Assembly (NCBI GenBank): GCA_001800815.1 | Contig: MGWC01000001.1 | Location: 54,431-118,430 of the forward strand | DNA length: 64,000 bases | Direction: 5' to 3' | Origin: Euryarchaeota archaeon RBG_19FT_COMBO_56_21 | GTDB lineage: Archaea; Thermoplasmatota; Thermoplasmata; UBA10834 | Shown: positions 8,699-18,378 of the stretch, one piece after another | Position numbering within the stretch: the stretch's first letter is position 1 | Layout: the number at the start of each line of letters is the position of its first letter | Program-made: the position numbers and the translations under genes | The notes under the pieces: generated by a model | Seen by the model: only the letters and a program-made list of their open reading frames with translations | The model's database searches: none | What the model was told of the DNA's origin: nothing

Positions 8699-9997
8699 AT
8701 GCCGAAGAAGGTCGTAGTAATAGGCGGAGGCATAGCCGGCATACAGGCCTGTTTGGACATCGCAGAGATGGGTTATGAGGTCCACCTTGTCGAACGCACA
8801 CCGTCGATCGGCGGCAGGATGGCGCAGCTCGATAAGACATTTCCCACCAACGACTGCTCTTTGTGCATCCTCTCCCCCAAGATGATAATGTGCGCGGGTC
8901 ATGAGAACATCAAGCTCCACACCTATTCGGAGATCCAGAGCGTTGGAGGCGAATTCCCGCGGTTCAAGGTCAGGATACGTGAGAAGGCTAGGCACATTGC
9001 GATCAACAGATGCACCGGCTGCGGGGACTGCGTCACCAAGTGCCCGGTGAAGGTGCCGAACGAGTTCGAAGAGGGCCTGTCAACGAGGAAGGCAATCTAC
9101 CTGCCCTTCCCTCAGGCTGTCCCGAGGAAGGTCACGATAGACGCTGTACATTGCAGAATGATCACGGAGAAGAAGTGCGGCGTCTGCAAGAAAGTCTGCC
9201 AGGCAGGCGCGATAGACTACGACCAGAAGGATGCTCTTGTGGACATCGTTGCGGCGGCGATCGTAGTGACAACCGGCTTCGATCTCTTCGATGCGTCCGC
9301 TCTCCGCCAGTACGGGCTCGGGGCATGTAAGGACGTTGTGACCTCGCTCCAACTCGAGAGAATCCTGTCTGCAGCGGGACCCACGGGCGGGCATCTTGTT
9401 AGGCCGTCGGACGGCAAGGAGCCGAAGAAACTCGCGTTTGTCCAGTGTGTCGGTTCGAGGGATGCGAAGATGTTCCAGTACTGCAGCAGCGTCTGCTGCA
9501 TGTACGCCACCAAGGAATCCATCCTAGTGAGGGAGCATGTCCCTGATGTTGAATCGACGATATTCTACATGGACATGAGGGCGACGGGCAAGGGCTTCCA
9601 GGAGTTCGTCAACAGGGCGGAGAAGCAGTACGGGGTGAGGTACATGCGCTCTAGACCCGCTAGCGTCCAGCCAGCACACGGCGAATCAGGAGTTCTCGTG
9701 ACGTACGAGATGGTCGGTGGCATTACTGGGCAGAAGACCGAGGAATTCGACATGCTCATCCTCTGTCCTGCTCTGGTGCCATCCCGCGGCTCGGAAGAGC
9801 TCTCCGGACTCCTGAAGATCGAGCTGGACAAGGACAAGTTCGCTAGCACACCGAGCTGGAAAAACCCGATCGATTCCACAAGAAGGGGAGTCCTAGTATG
9901 CGGATTCGCGGCTGAGCCCATGGACATTCCGGACTCAGTGGCTCAAGCCTCCGGAGTCGCTTCGAGGATTGGCGAACTCCTCCAGGGGGTGTCGTAG
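8699..9997 (+). CDS. hdrA: HdrA-like flavoprotein, first chain (FAD domain plus inserted ferredoxin)
   Basis: GGGIAG, LDKTFPTNDCSLCIL, CTGCGDC..CP and QCVGSR..YCSSVCCMYATK motifs; ATG at 8699 after GGAGGGGG. Confidence 0.9.
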   Translation: MPKKVVVIGGGIAGIQACLDIAEMGYEVHLVERTPSIGGRMAQLDKTFPTNDCSLCILSPKMIMCAGHENIKLHTYSEIQSVGGEFPRFKVRIREKARHIAINRCTGCGDCVTKCPVKVPNEFEEGLSTRKAIYLPFPQAVPRKVTIDAVHCRMITEKKCGVCKKVCQAGAIDYDQKDALVDIVAAAIVVTTGFDLFDASALRQYGLGACKDVVTSLQLERILSAAGPTGGHLVRPSDGKEPKKLAFVQCVGSRDAKMFQYCSSVCCMYATKESILVREHVPDVESTIFYMDMRATGKGFQEFVNRAEKQYGVRYMRSRPASVQPAHGESGVLVTYEMVGGITGQKTEEFDMLILCPALVPSRGSEELSGLLKIELDKDKFASTPSWKNPIDSTRRGVLVCGFAAEPMDIPDSVAQASGVASRIGELLQGVS

Positions 9998-9999
9998 GC

Positions 10000-11685
10000 A
10001 TGCCGAGGATTGGCGTTTTCATCTGTCATTGCGGTCACAACATAGCCTCGACCGTTTCGGTGGAGGAGGTCGTCAGATTCGCGAGCACCCTGCCCGGTGT
10101 CATAGTCGCCGATCACAACCTGTACTCATGTTCGGAGGAAGGGCTCGACTCGATCAGGAAGAGCATTGAGCAGAACAAGCTTGATCGCGTGGTTGTGGCC
10201 GCATGCACGCCCCGCACCCATGAGCCTCTATTCCGAAGCGTCTGCGAGCAAGCGGGAGTGAACAAGTACCTATTCGAGTTCGTCAACATCAGGGAGCATT
10301 GCTCCTGGATTCATGCCAAGGAGCCGGCCAACGCGACTGAGAAGGCGAAGAGGCTCGTGGCGATGGGCGTCTCGAAGGCCGCGCTTCTGGAACCACAGAC
10401 TGAGGGCGAGTCGAGCGTTACGCCAACCGCACTTGTCATTGGCGGAGGACTCGCAGGCCTGAGAGCGACCGCCTCGCTGGTCGCCCAGGGAATCGATACC
10501 CATCTAGTGGAGAAGGAGTCCAGGCTCGGTGGCCTCCTCAACGACATATCAGCTCTCGCGCCCTACTCCGAGGATGCCAGCACCTTGCTGAAGGAGCTCG
10601 TCGATGAGGTCAAGGCATCGAATAAGGCGCACATACATCTGAATACCAAGCTCCAGGGCGTGACAGGATTCGTTGGGAATTTCAATGTGGTCTTGAACGA
10701 AGCTGGCAAGGAGAAGGAGGTCCGAGCAGGAGCGATTATCGTAGCCACGGGTGCGCGCGACTTCATACCGACGGGGGAGTACGGATACGGGAGCGTACCT
10801 GGAGTCATCACGCAACTCGAGTTCGAAAGGGTTTTAAAGACAGGCGAGAAACCTGGGCGAGTCGTTTTCATCCAGTGCGTCGGCAGCAGACAGCCTGGAA
10901 GGGAGTACTGCTCGAGGATCTGCTGCAACACCTCCCTGAAGAATGCTTTGAAGGTGGTCGAAGCAGGCGGGACTGCGACGATCGTACACAGGGACATCAT
11001 GAGCTCCGGCACCGTGTGGGAGGAGCTGTACAGAAACGCCTCTGAGAAAGGTGTCCAGTTCATAAGATACATGCTCAGCGACCCGCCGCGGATCCACAAG
11101 AAAGCCACGGGAATCGCCGCGGAGGTTTATGACGAAGCCCTCGGAGAAAGGATAGAGGTCGACGCTGACCGGGTCGTATTGGCCACACCCTTGGTCTCAA
11201 GGGTGGACTCGGCAGAAGTTGGCAAGCTGCTCAAGGTGCCGAGGGACAAGCATGGGTTCTTCCTCGAGGCGCATGTGAAGCTCAGGCCAGTCGAGTTCGC
11301 CACCGACGGCGTGTTCATCTGCGGAAGCGCCAGATGGCCTAGCAGCGCTAAGGAGACCATGTCCCAGGCGCTTGGTGCGGCCGCAAAAGCCGCCATACCG
11401 ATTAAGAGGGGCAAGGTGGTCATCGAAGCAATCACCGCTTGGGTGGATGCTGACAAATGCGCTGCGTGCGGCAACTGCGTCGTGTCGTGTCCTTACGAAG
11501 CTATCGAGATTGTCGAGCAGGATGGGAAGAGAGTCGCGAAGGTCAACGAAACGCAATGCAAGGGATGCGGCGCGTGCGTCGCGGCATGTCCTAACGATGC
11601 GATGCAGCAGAGGGGATTCACGACTCGCCAGCTGGGCGCGATGATAGACTCCCTCGTCAAACACGCTCTGGAGGAGTCCCCGTGA
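10000..11685 (+). CDS. hdrA: HdrA-like flavoprotein, second chain (N-terminal Cys domain, FAD domain, C-terminal 2x[4Fe-4S])
   Basis: IGVFICHCG, AACTPRTHE, NIREHC, GGGLAG and QCVGSR..YCSRICC motifs; two C-terminal CxxCxxCxxxCP motifs. Confidence 0.9.
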   Translation: MPRIGVFICHCGHNIASTVSVEEVVRFASTLPGVIVADHNLYSCSEEGLDSIRKSIEQNKLDRVVVAACTPRTHEPLFRSVCEQAGVNKYLFEFVNIREHCSWIHAKEPANATEKAKRLVAMGVSKAALLEPQTEGESSVTPTALVIGGGLAGLRATASLVAQGIDTHLVEKESRLGGLLNDISALAPYSEDASTLLKELVDEVKASNKAHIHLNTKLQGVTGFVGNFNVVLNEAGKEKEVRAGAIIVATGARDFIPTGEYGYGSVPGVITQLEFERVLKTGEKPGRVVFIQCVGSRQPGREYCSRICCNTSLKNALKVVEAGGTATIVHRDIMSSGTVWEELYRNASEKGVQFIRYMLSDPPRIHKKATGIAAEVYDEALGERIEVDADRVVLATPLVSRVDSAEVGKLLKVPRDKHGFFLEAHVKLRPVEFATDGVFICGSARWPSSAKETMSQALGAAAKAAIPIKRGKVVIEAITAWVDADKCAACGNCVVSCPYEAIEIVEQDGKRVAKVNETQCKGCGACVAACPNDAMQQRGFTTRQLGAMIDSLVKHALEESP

Positions 11686-12101
11686 CGGAGTTCAAGCCGA
11701 CCATCCTCGCATTCTGCTGCAACTGGTGTTCGTACGCAGGAGCCGATCTCGCGGGCGTCAGCAGGCTCCAGATGCCGCCGAACGTTCACGTGGTGCGAGT
11801 GATGTGCAGCGCGAGCGTCAAACCAGAATATGTCATGAAGGCCATCTCACAGGGCATCGATGGTGTGCTCGTGCTCGGCTGCCACGTAGGGGACTGCCAC
11901 TACATGACGGGTAACCACAGGACGGCGAAGAGGATGCCGGTCGTCCAGAAGATCCTGAAGGACATCGGACTCAACGAGAAGCGCGTGAGACTGGACTGGG
12001 TCAGCGCTGCGGAAGGCGAGAAGTTCCAGAAGGTCATAGTGGACTTCGTCGATGAGGTGGCCAAGCTCGGTCCGAACCCGTTGAAGGAGGTGAGGTTCTG
12101 A
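11682..12101 (+). CDS. mvhD: MvhD-type [2Fe-2S] protein
   Basis: FCCNWCSYAGAD, RVMCS, GCHVGDCHY and WVSAAEG motifs; GTGA overlap with the upstream stop. Confidence 0.95.
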   Translation: MTEFKPTILAFCCNWCSYAGADLAGVSRLQMPPNVHVVRVMCSASVKPEYVMKAISQGIDGVLVLGCHVGDCHYMTGNHRTAKRMPVVQKILKDIGLNEKRVRLDWVSAAEGEKFQKVIVDFVDEVAKLGPNPLKEVRF

Positions 12102-12904
12102 ACGAGCTAGCGAAGAGATTTGCGACAATCGCCTTCGACCTCAAAGGGGCGGACTATCTCCTCGCGATGCGGGAGGAGCACGGAAATGTCGGTCCAGTAA
12201 TGATCTCGAAGGGCGAGGACCCCGGCGATGTCAGGACAGATGTGCCATATCAGTTAATCACAATCCTCAGCAACCTCTACCCTTGGATGACCGACGGGAA
12301 GAAGATCGCGGTAGTGACTAGGAAGTGCGACGAGAAGGCACTCGCAGAGTTCTTCAAGCGCGGATATTTCGCCCGCGACCGGGTGATCCAGATCGGGCTC
12401 GCGTGTAACCGGGAGCAGATCAGACAGTGCAGATGCAGCGATCCGGTGCCGAGCGTCGTCGACATCGGTGAACCGCATGGAGGTCTGGACACTGACGCTC
12501 TCTCGGAGAAGCTCATGGCAATGTCCAGTGAAGAGCGATTGAGGTTTTGGGAGTACCAGTTCCGCAAGTGCAACAAGTGTTTCGCGTGCACAACGAACTG
12601 TCCGGTCTGCTTCTGCGATGAGTGTGTGCTCGAGGAACGGACCTTCGTCCCGGAAAGGGGCGTGCCCCCAGGCATGTCTTTCCATATGATACGCGCCTAC
12701 CACTTGTCGGACAAGTGCATCGAGTGCGGAGAGTGCGAGAGGTCGTGCCCTGCGGGGATCCCGCTCCTGACGCTCAGGAAGCTTGTTGCGAGGGACTTCA
12801 AGGAGATGTATGGATTCAGCCCGGGCGACGAGAAGACCGTCAGTCCGCTCCTGACGACGCTCGAGGGAGAGTCTCTGGATGGAGATGAATGCGATGAATG
12901 TTAA
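12098..12904 (+). CDS. FdhB/FlxC-like 4Fe-4S protein (short)
   Basis: KCNKCFAC..CPVCFC..C and FH..RAYH...CIECGECERSCP motifs. The frame is open back to CTG 12098, which overlaps the mvhD TGA and follows the SD GGAGGTGA. Confidence 0.8.
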   Translation: MNELAKRFATIAFDLKGADYLLAMREEHGNVGPVMISKGEDPGDVRTDVPYQLITILSNLYPWMTDGKKIAVVTRKCDEKALAEFFKRGYFARDRVIQIGLACNREQIRQCRCSDPVPSVVDIGEPHGGLDTDALSEKLMAMSSEERLRFWEYQFRKCNKCFACTTNCPVCFCDECVLEERTFVPERGVPPGMSFHMIRAYHLSDKCIECGECERSCPAGIPLLTLRKLVARDFKEMYGFSPGDEKTVSPLLTTLEGESLDGDECDEC

Positions 12905-14930
12905 GCACGTCCTGACGACATGCCCTTACTGCGGCACGGGGTGCAATTTCTACCTACAGGTGGTGGAGGACAAGCTCATCAGCGTGGTGCCGTGCAAGAC
13001 GGACGAGATAAGTCGCGGACAGTTGTGCATCAAGGGGTACAACGCCCACGCATTCGTGCAGCATCCTGACAGGCTCAAGACCCCTCTGGCCAGGGAGCAC
13101 GGAGAGCTCAGGCAGATATCCTGGGAGGATGCCCTTGACAGGCTGGCGAAGGAGATAAGGAGAATAAAGGAGAAGTACGGGCCTGATTCCATCGCCTTCC
13201 TCGCATCCGCGAAATGCACCAACGAGGAGAACTATCTCTTCCAGAAACTTGCGAGAGCAGTAGTCCATACGAACAACGTCGACCACTGCGCACGACTATG
13301 CCACGCCTCGACCGTAACCGGTCTGTTGTACTCGTTCGGGAGCGGGGCTATGACGAACACGATCCCTGAGTTCGGGGACGCGGACTTCATCCTGATAACC
13401 GGGTCCAATACACTCGAGGCGCACCCGATCATCGGCTCGCACATGTTAAGAGCACTCGACAAGGGTGCCAAGATAGTGGTCGTCGACCCGAGGGATACGC
13501 CACTCTCCAGGCTTGCGCACATCCGGCTGAGCCAGAAGCCGGGGAGCGACATCGCATGGATAAACGGAATGATCAAGGTCATAATCGACGAGGGTCTGGT
13601 AAACGAGGAGTTCGTCAGGACCAGGACCTCTGAGTTCGATAAGCTGAAGGAGGTCGTGATGGGCTACACTTTGGAGATGGTCGAATCGATAGCCGGTGTC
13701 AAGGGCAAGGACCTCTCAAAGGCGGCGAGGCTGTACGCGAAGGCGGACAGGGCGATGGTCGCTTACGCGATGGGGGTCACGCAGCACAGCAACGGTACGG
13801 ACATCGTCATGGCTCTGGCCAACCTCGCCATGGTCACGGGCCATCTAGGAAAGGAGTCCACCGGCCTCAACCCCTTGAGGGGGCAGTGCAATGTCCAAGG
13901 TTCGTGCGACTCAGGCGGGCTGCCAAACCTCTTCCCCGGCTATCAGAGAGTCGACGACGAACAAGTCAGAGCGAAATTCGAGCAGGCCTGGGGGGTCGAG
14001 CTTCCAGAGAAGCCCGGGCTGACCCTGACATGCGCCATCAAGGAGGCCGCTCTGGGCAAGTTGAAGGCCATGATAGTCTTCGGGGAGAACGTCATGCTCT
14101 CGGACCCAGACCTCACGCATGTAGAGGAAGCGCTGAAGGAACTCGAACTGCTCGCAGTCGTGGACATCTTCCCCACAGAGACGACCAAGCTCGCCCACAT
14201 AGTACTGCCCGCGGCGTGCTACGCGGAGAAGGACGGAACTTTCACTAACACTGACAGGGCTGTCAGGTTGCTTAGGAAGGCGGTGGACCCGCCGGGCGAG
14301 GCGATGCCTGACTGGAAGATCGCCTGCGAGCTCGCCAAGCGGCTCGGGGCGAAAGGATTCGACTTCTCGTCTCCTGCGGAAATCATGGACGAGATGGCGA
14401 AGGTCACACCGATCTATGGAGGCATCGATCACGGGAGAATCGACCGCGAACTGATCCGCTGGCCCTGCCCCACGAAGGAGCACAAGGGCACGAGGATCCT
14501 GCACGCCCAGAAGTTCACGAAAGGCCTCGGGACTTTCGCGCCTGTGCATCACTCGCCCCCTGCCGAATCACCTTCGGAAGAATACCCGTTCATACTCACG
14601 ACTGGTCGGAACCTCTTCCAGTATCACACGGGCACGATGACGAGAAGGTCGCCCAAGCTCGAGCGGGAGGCCCCGGAACCATATGCCGAGGTGAACAATG
14701 GTGACGCGAAAAGGCTCGGCATTTCGGAAGGCGACAGGATCATGGTGTCGTCGAAGCGGGGGTCTATAACGCTACTGGCGCGCGTGACCGAGAGAATCAT
14801 CCCAGGATCGGTGTTCATACCGTTCCACTACGCTGAAGCGGCGGCGAACAGGCTCACGAACGCCGCTCTGGACCCAGTGTCAAAGATACCGGAGCTGAAG
14901 GTCTGCGCCGCCAGGATCCAGAAAGGCTGA
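12894..14930 (+). CDS. fdhA: Cytoplasmic Mo/W formate dehydrogenase alpha subunit (Cys-type)
   Basis: CPYCGTGC..C cluster, DHCARLCHAS active site, LRGQCNVQG, EKDGTFTN and KIPELKVCA motifs; no Tat signal. Confidence 0.95.
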   Translation: MNVKHVLTTCPYCGTGCNFYLQVVEDKLISVVPCKTDEISRGQLCIKGYNAHAFVQHPDRLKTPLAREHGELRQISWEDALDRLAKEIRRIKEKYGPDSIAFLASAKCTNEENYLFQKLARAVVHTNNVDHCARLCHASTVTGLLYSFGSGAMTNTIPEFGDADFILITGSNTLEAHPIIGSHMLRALDKGAKIVVVDPRDTPLSRLAHIRLSQKPGSDIAWINGMIKVIIDEGLVNEEFVRTRTSEFDKLKEVVMGYTLEMVESIAGVKGKDLSKAARLYAKADRAMVAYAMGVTQHSNGTDIVMALANLAMVTGHLGKESTGLNPLRGQCNVQGSCDSGGLPNLFPGYQRVDDEQVRAKFEQAWGVELPEKPGLTLTCAIKEAALGKLKAMIVFGENVMLSDPDLTHVEEALKELELLAVVDIFPTETTKLAHIVLPAACYAEKDGTFTNTDRAVRLLRKAVDPPGEAMPDWKIACELAKRLGAKGFDFSSPAEIMDEMAKVTPIYGGIDHGRIDRELIRWPCPTKEHKGTRILHAQKFTKGLGTFAPVHHSPPAESPSEEYPFILTTGRNLFQYHTGTMTRRSPKLEREAPEPYAEVNNGDAKRLGISEGDRIMVSSKRGSITLLARVTERIIPGSVFIPFHYAEAAANRLTNAALDPVSKIPELKVCAARIQKG

Positions 14931-14931
14931 A

Positions 14932-15534
14932 TCACACCTTCCCGCGGCGCAAGTATCCGACGAAATCCCCGCCTAGATGGGCCAGGTCCTCGGCCCGAAG
15001 CGCGTTCGCAGCCGACGCGTCGAACAGTATGTTGCCTGTTGTCGGGACCTCCTCGTCCCCTTTCCAGAAAGAGATGTTCACAAGGAGGAAAGGGAAGAAC
15101 ATGAAATCGAAGGACATGTCCCCTCGTTGGACTCTGATGCCGCCGAGCGACGAAGCCGCCCTGCCGAGTGCTTCGGGATCTCTCTCGAACATCCTGACCA
15201 ACGGAGCGATGGCCCTCTGATGGAACACGGAGTAGTAGAGGCTCCCTCCCTCGATCTCGCGGTACGATATCAGCCTGTGCTCGAGTTTCCCCGGCGATCC
15301 GAGAAGATAGTGCAGTATGACCACTTTCGTGTCAGGATCCGGCTCGCCACCGTCCTGCCAGACGACCGACCAGTCCTCAACGGAAATGATTGCTGTCCTG
15401 TTGAGGACCCTGAGCATGACGCGGTTGCCTTCGAGCAGGCCTCCGGAACCGGAAACCAAGATTGATACATCCCGGAGCCTGAGCTCACCAACGGCCTTCT
15501 CGAAGGCCCCTGCCAGCCTGCGCTCTTCTCCCAT
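14932..15534 (-). CDS. DUF3786 family protein
   Basis: ILHYL, SYREIEGG..Y..F..RA, FW.GDEE and LFD...L..ED motifs; the family is often found beside acs genes. Confidence 0.75.
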   Translation of the reverse strand: MGEERRLAGAFEKAVGELRLRDVSILVSGSGGLLEGNRVMLRVLNRTAIISVEDWSVVWQDGGEPDPDTKVVILHYLLGSPGKLEHRLISYREIEGGSLYYSVFHQRAIAPLVRMFERDPEALGRAASSLGGIRVQRGDMSFDFMFFPFLLVNISFWKGDEEVPTTGNILFDASAANALRAEDLAHLGGDFVGYLRRGKV

Positions 15535-15549
15535 TCGTTTCTACTCCGC

Positions 15550-16326
15550 TCATGCCCGGAGGAAGGAGTGCGCATACAGCTTCTGATTCAACAGGACCTC
15601 TGCTGCCTTGACGACCTTCATCAGATCGACATCGTTGGGGTCGACTATAGCAGCATCCAAGCCTCTCCCGAGAAGCATCGCTAGGTAAGTCCTGTTGAGC
15701 AGGCTCCTCTCCTCGGCACCGCTCGAGACGTTGCTGAGTCCTACAATGGTCTTGGGGGGTGGAGTGCTCAGGTTTCTGAAGGCGGTTATCGCATCACATA
15801 GCATGGGGCACTGACTCTGGGCCGCGGAGATCGGCAACACGACGGGGTCGATGTATATCCTCTCCTGGGGGATGCCGATGTCCATCGCGTTCCCGAGCAG
15901 GAGCATAGCGATCTCGGACCTTCCCTCAACTGAGTTGGGGATCCCCTTCTCATCTATCGTGAGGCACACTATGTCTGCGTTGTGCTCCTTCGCCAGAGGG
16001 AAAAACTTCTCCATGCGCTTCAGTTCCGCCGTGGTCGAGTTGATCATCGGCTCTTTCCTCGCTGCGGTCAACCCTGCCTGCTGCACCTTGAGACCCGGCG
16101 CGTCTATTGACACCCGCACGTCGACGGCATCCTGGACCGATCTCACCAGCCAGGTCATCGTCTCAACGGCATCCTGCCTTCCAGGCCCAGTATTGATGTC
16201 GAGCACCTGTGCCCCGGCGTTTACCTGCTCCATCGCAAGATCTTGAACGTACTTGGCATTCCTTGCGTCGATGGCTTTGGCGACTTCCACGAATTGCCCG
16301 TTGATTCTCTCCCCTACGACTATCAA
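15550..16326 (-). CDS. acsE: Methyl-THF:corrinoid Fe-S protein methyltransferase
   Basis: IVVGERING, LDINTG, INST, DP.VLP, GLSNVS, R.LLNRTYL and LDAAIVDP motifs; TTG start. Confidence 0.9.
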   Translation of the reverse strand: MIVVGERINGQFVEVAKAIDARNAKYVQDLAMEQVNAGAQVLDINTGPGRQDAVETMTWLVRSVQDAVDVRVSIDAPGLKVQQAGLTAARKEPMINSTTAELKRMEKFFPLAKEHNADIVCLTIDEKGIPNSVEGRSEIAMLLLGNAMDIGIPQERIYIDPVVLPISAAQSQCPMLCDAITAFRNLSTPPPKTIVGLSNVSSGAEERSLLNRTYLAMLLGRGLDAAIVDPNDVDLMKVVKAAEVLLNQKLYAHSFLRA

Positions 16327-16461
16327 AAACTCTCCCCGCCGATAAAGGCATAGAGCCCTTGGCGCATATCAAACGTTCGTATGGCTGTCGGCATTCCTGG
16401 TCAGCCATTATGTCGCAACAGTTAATAGCAGCGCAGTCTGTTCACTCCGAGCTGGTCACAG

Positions 16462-18378
16462 ATGGAGGGAGTAAAGACCGAAAGGGAACGCGTCGTGCGG
16501 TTCGCCCCAGATGGTAGAACTTCCTTGGTGGAGACCGGGACGACGATACTCGAAGCATCCAGGAAGGCTGGCGTCAGCATCGATGCCGTGTGCGGCGGGG
16601 AGGGGAAGTGCGGCAGGTGCAAGGTGAGGCCGGAGGGCATGTTCTCTGCCCCGGAATCTTCATTGGTCTCGGGCGAGGAGAAGGCCGCGGGAATCGTGCT
16701 CGCATGCGAGGCGATCGTCGAAGGCGATCTCACCGTGGAAGTCCTCCCACGCTCCTTGGTGGGCAGACACCAGATCCTGACAAAGAGCATCGAAGAGGTT
16801 CAGAGACCCCTTTCACCATGGGTTCGGAAGGATTTCCTCAGGCTCCCGAAGGCGACGGTCTGGGATAACGTGGCCGACCTAGAAAGGCTGTGGAGAGCTT
16901 TGGGACGTGGCGGACTGCCAATGATGCCGCTAGAATCTCTGAGAGACCTTCCAAATGCCATCAGAGCGGGCGACTGGCAGGTAACAGTCACTATGTCCAA
17001 CATCGGCTCGATTGACGAGATAACTAGGGTCGAGTCCGGTGACAAGTCCGCCGAACTCCTCGGTGTGGCAGTGGACATAGGCACCACAACAGTCGTCGCA
17101 GACCTCGTGGGCCTACTCGATGGAGCCATCATAGCGACGGCGTCCGACTACAATCGCCAAGTTTCCCGAGGTGAGGACGTCATCGCTCGGATGATGTTCA
17201 GTGAAGACGGTGGCTCTGAAGAGCTCACATCGCTCGCGCGTGAGACTATTAACTCGCTGATGTCAAGACTCGTTACAGAAGGCTCGAAGGTACTCGGAAG
17301 GCAGATTTCTGACCAGGACATCGTATCGCTCTCAGTCGCGGGCAACACCGTCATGACGCACTTCTTTGCTGGCCTACCAACGAAGTTTCTGAGACTGGAA
17401 CCGTATGTACCTGTTGCATATCATACGGGATATCTGAAAGCCGCAGAGCTAGGACTCAAGGCCAACTCGGCTGCACGTGTTCTTCTGTTCCCTTCGCGCG
17501 CGGGTTATGTGGGAGGCGATGTCGTCGCCGATGTCCTGTCTAGCGGGATGCACCTGTCCAACAAGCTCACACTTCTGATCGACGTTGGCACGAACGGGGA
17601 GATAGTCCTTGGGAAGAAGGACTGGATGGTCTCCTGTTCGTGCTCCGCCGGCCCCGCCTTCGAGGGAGGAGAAGTCTCATGCGGGATGCGGGCGATGGAC
17701 GGGGCCATAGACAAGATACGCGTGGACGATGACCTATCGACTGCCTACCACGTGCTCGGCGAGAGAACGCCCATCGGCATATGTGGATCCGGATTGATCG
17801 ACCTGGTAGCCGAGATGTATTGCAGGGGCATAATCGACCGGAAGGCAAGGATCCAGGATCTGCAGACAGACCGGGTCCGACTATCTGATTCTGGGCGCGA
17901 GTACGTTGTGGAGAGGAAGGAGAGAATGGGAGGGACTGCCGTCTCCGACCTGGTGATCAACGACGCAGACCTTCAGAATCTGCTCAGAACAAAGGCGGCC
18001 ATCTACGGCGCTTGCTCGACGCTCCTCAAGAAGATGGGCGAGGATCTAAACGCCGTGTCGAGCATCGTCATTGCCGGAGGCTTCGGATACCACCTTGATG
18101 TGGCCAGAGCCATCATGATCGGGATGTTCCCCGATGTTCCTCAGGAGAAGTACAGATATATTGGGAACGGCTCGCTCGGCGGGGCAAGAATGGCGCTCCT
18201 TTCGGCTAAGAAGAGGGAGGAGATGAACGAGATATTCAACAAGATGACATACCTAGAGCTGAGCGTCGACACCGATTTCTACACCGAATTCTCCTCCTCA
18301 CTTTTCATCCCGCATACCGACATAAGCAAGTTCCCGAGCGCTCCCCCCGAGAGCGCGTGCAAGGAGGCGAAGTCCTGA
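16462..18378 (+). CDS. acsV: ASKHA-domain reductive activator of corrinoid protein (RACo/AcsV)
   Basis: N-terminal [2Fe-2S] CGGEGKCGRC..C, DIGTTT, GEDVIAR, DVGTNGE, SAGPAFEG and GICGSG motifs. Confidence 0.92.
   Translation: MEGVKTERERVVRFAPDGRTSLVETGTTILEASRKAGVSIDAVCGGEGKCGRCKVRPEGMFSAPESSLVSGEEKAAGIVLACEAIVEGDLTVEVLPRSLVGRHQILTKSIEEVQRPLSPWVRKDFLRLPKATVWDNVADLERLWRALGRGGLPMMPLESLRDLPNAIRAGDWQVTVTMSNIGSIDEITRVESGDKSAELLGVAVDIGTTTVVADLVGLLDGAIIATASDYNRQVSRGEDVIARMMFSEDGGSEELTSLARETINSLMSRLVTEGSKVLGRQISDQDIVSLSVAGNTVMTHFFAGLPTKFLRLEPYVPVAYHTGYLKAAELGLKANSAARVLLFPSRAGYVGGDVVADVLSSGMHLSNKLTLLIDVGTNGEIVLGKKDWMVSCSCSAGPAFEGGEVSCGMRAMDGAIDKIRVDDDLSTAYHVLGERTPIGICGSGLIDLVAEMYCRGIIDRKARIQDLQTDRVRLSDSGREYVVERKERMGGTAVSDLVINDADLQNLLRTKAAIYGACSTLLKKMGEDLNAVSSIVIAGGFGYHLDVARAIMIGMFPDVPQEKYRYIGNGSLGGARMALLSAKKREEMNEIFNKMTYLELSVDTDFYTEFSSSLFIPHTDISKFPSAPPESACKEAKS

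Noticed and set aside
9990-10005. Split hdrA as a frameshifted pseudogene or amber read-through
   Set aside because: TAG-GC-ATG is out of frame, the second gene has a canonical HdrA N-terminus and an SD, and the paralogous module is split at the same point.
12894-14930. Selenocysteine recoding in fdhA, hdrA or mvhD
   Set aside because: The active site reads ARLCH with a TGC codon, and none of these ORFs has an in-frame TGA.
4962-14930. Methanogenesis
   Set aside because: Marker 11, HdrA and MvhD are present, but there are no mcr, mtr, H4MPT enzymes or hdrBC in the window, and the C1 branch is folate-based.
16381-16408. Shared 7-14-7 operator (ATGGCTG/CAGCCAT here; GAATCGG/CCGATTC at ~34130-34157)
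   Set aside because: The geometry is the same but the arm sequences are unrelated, so a common regulator is not supported.
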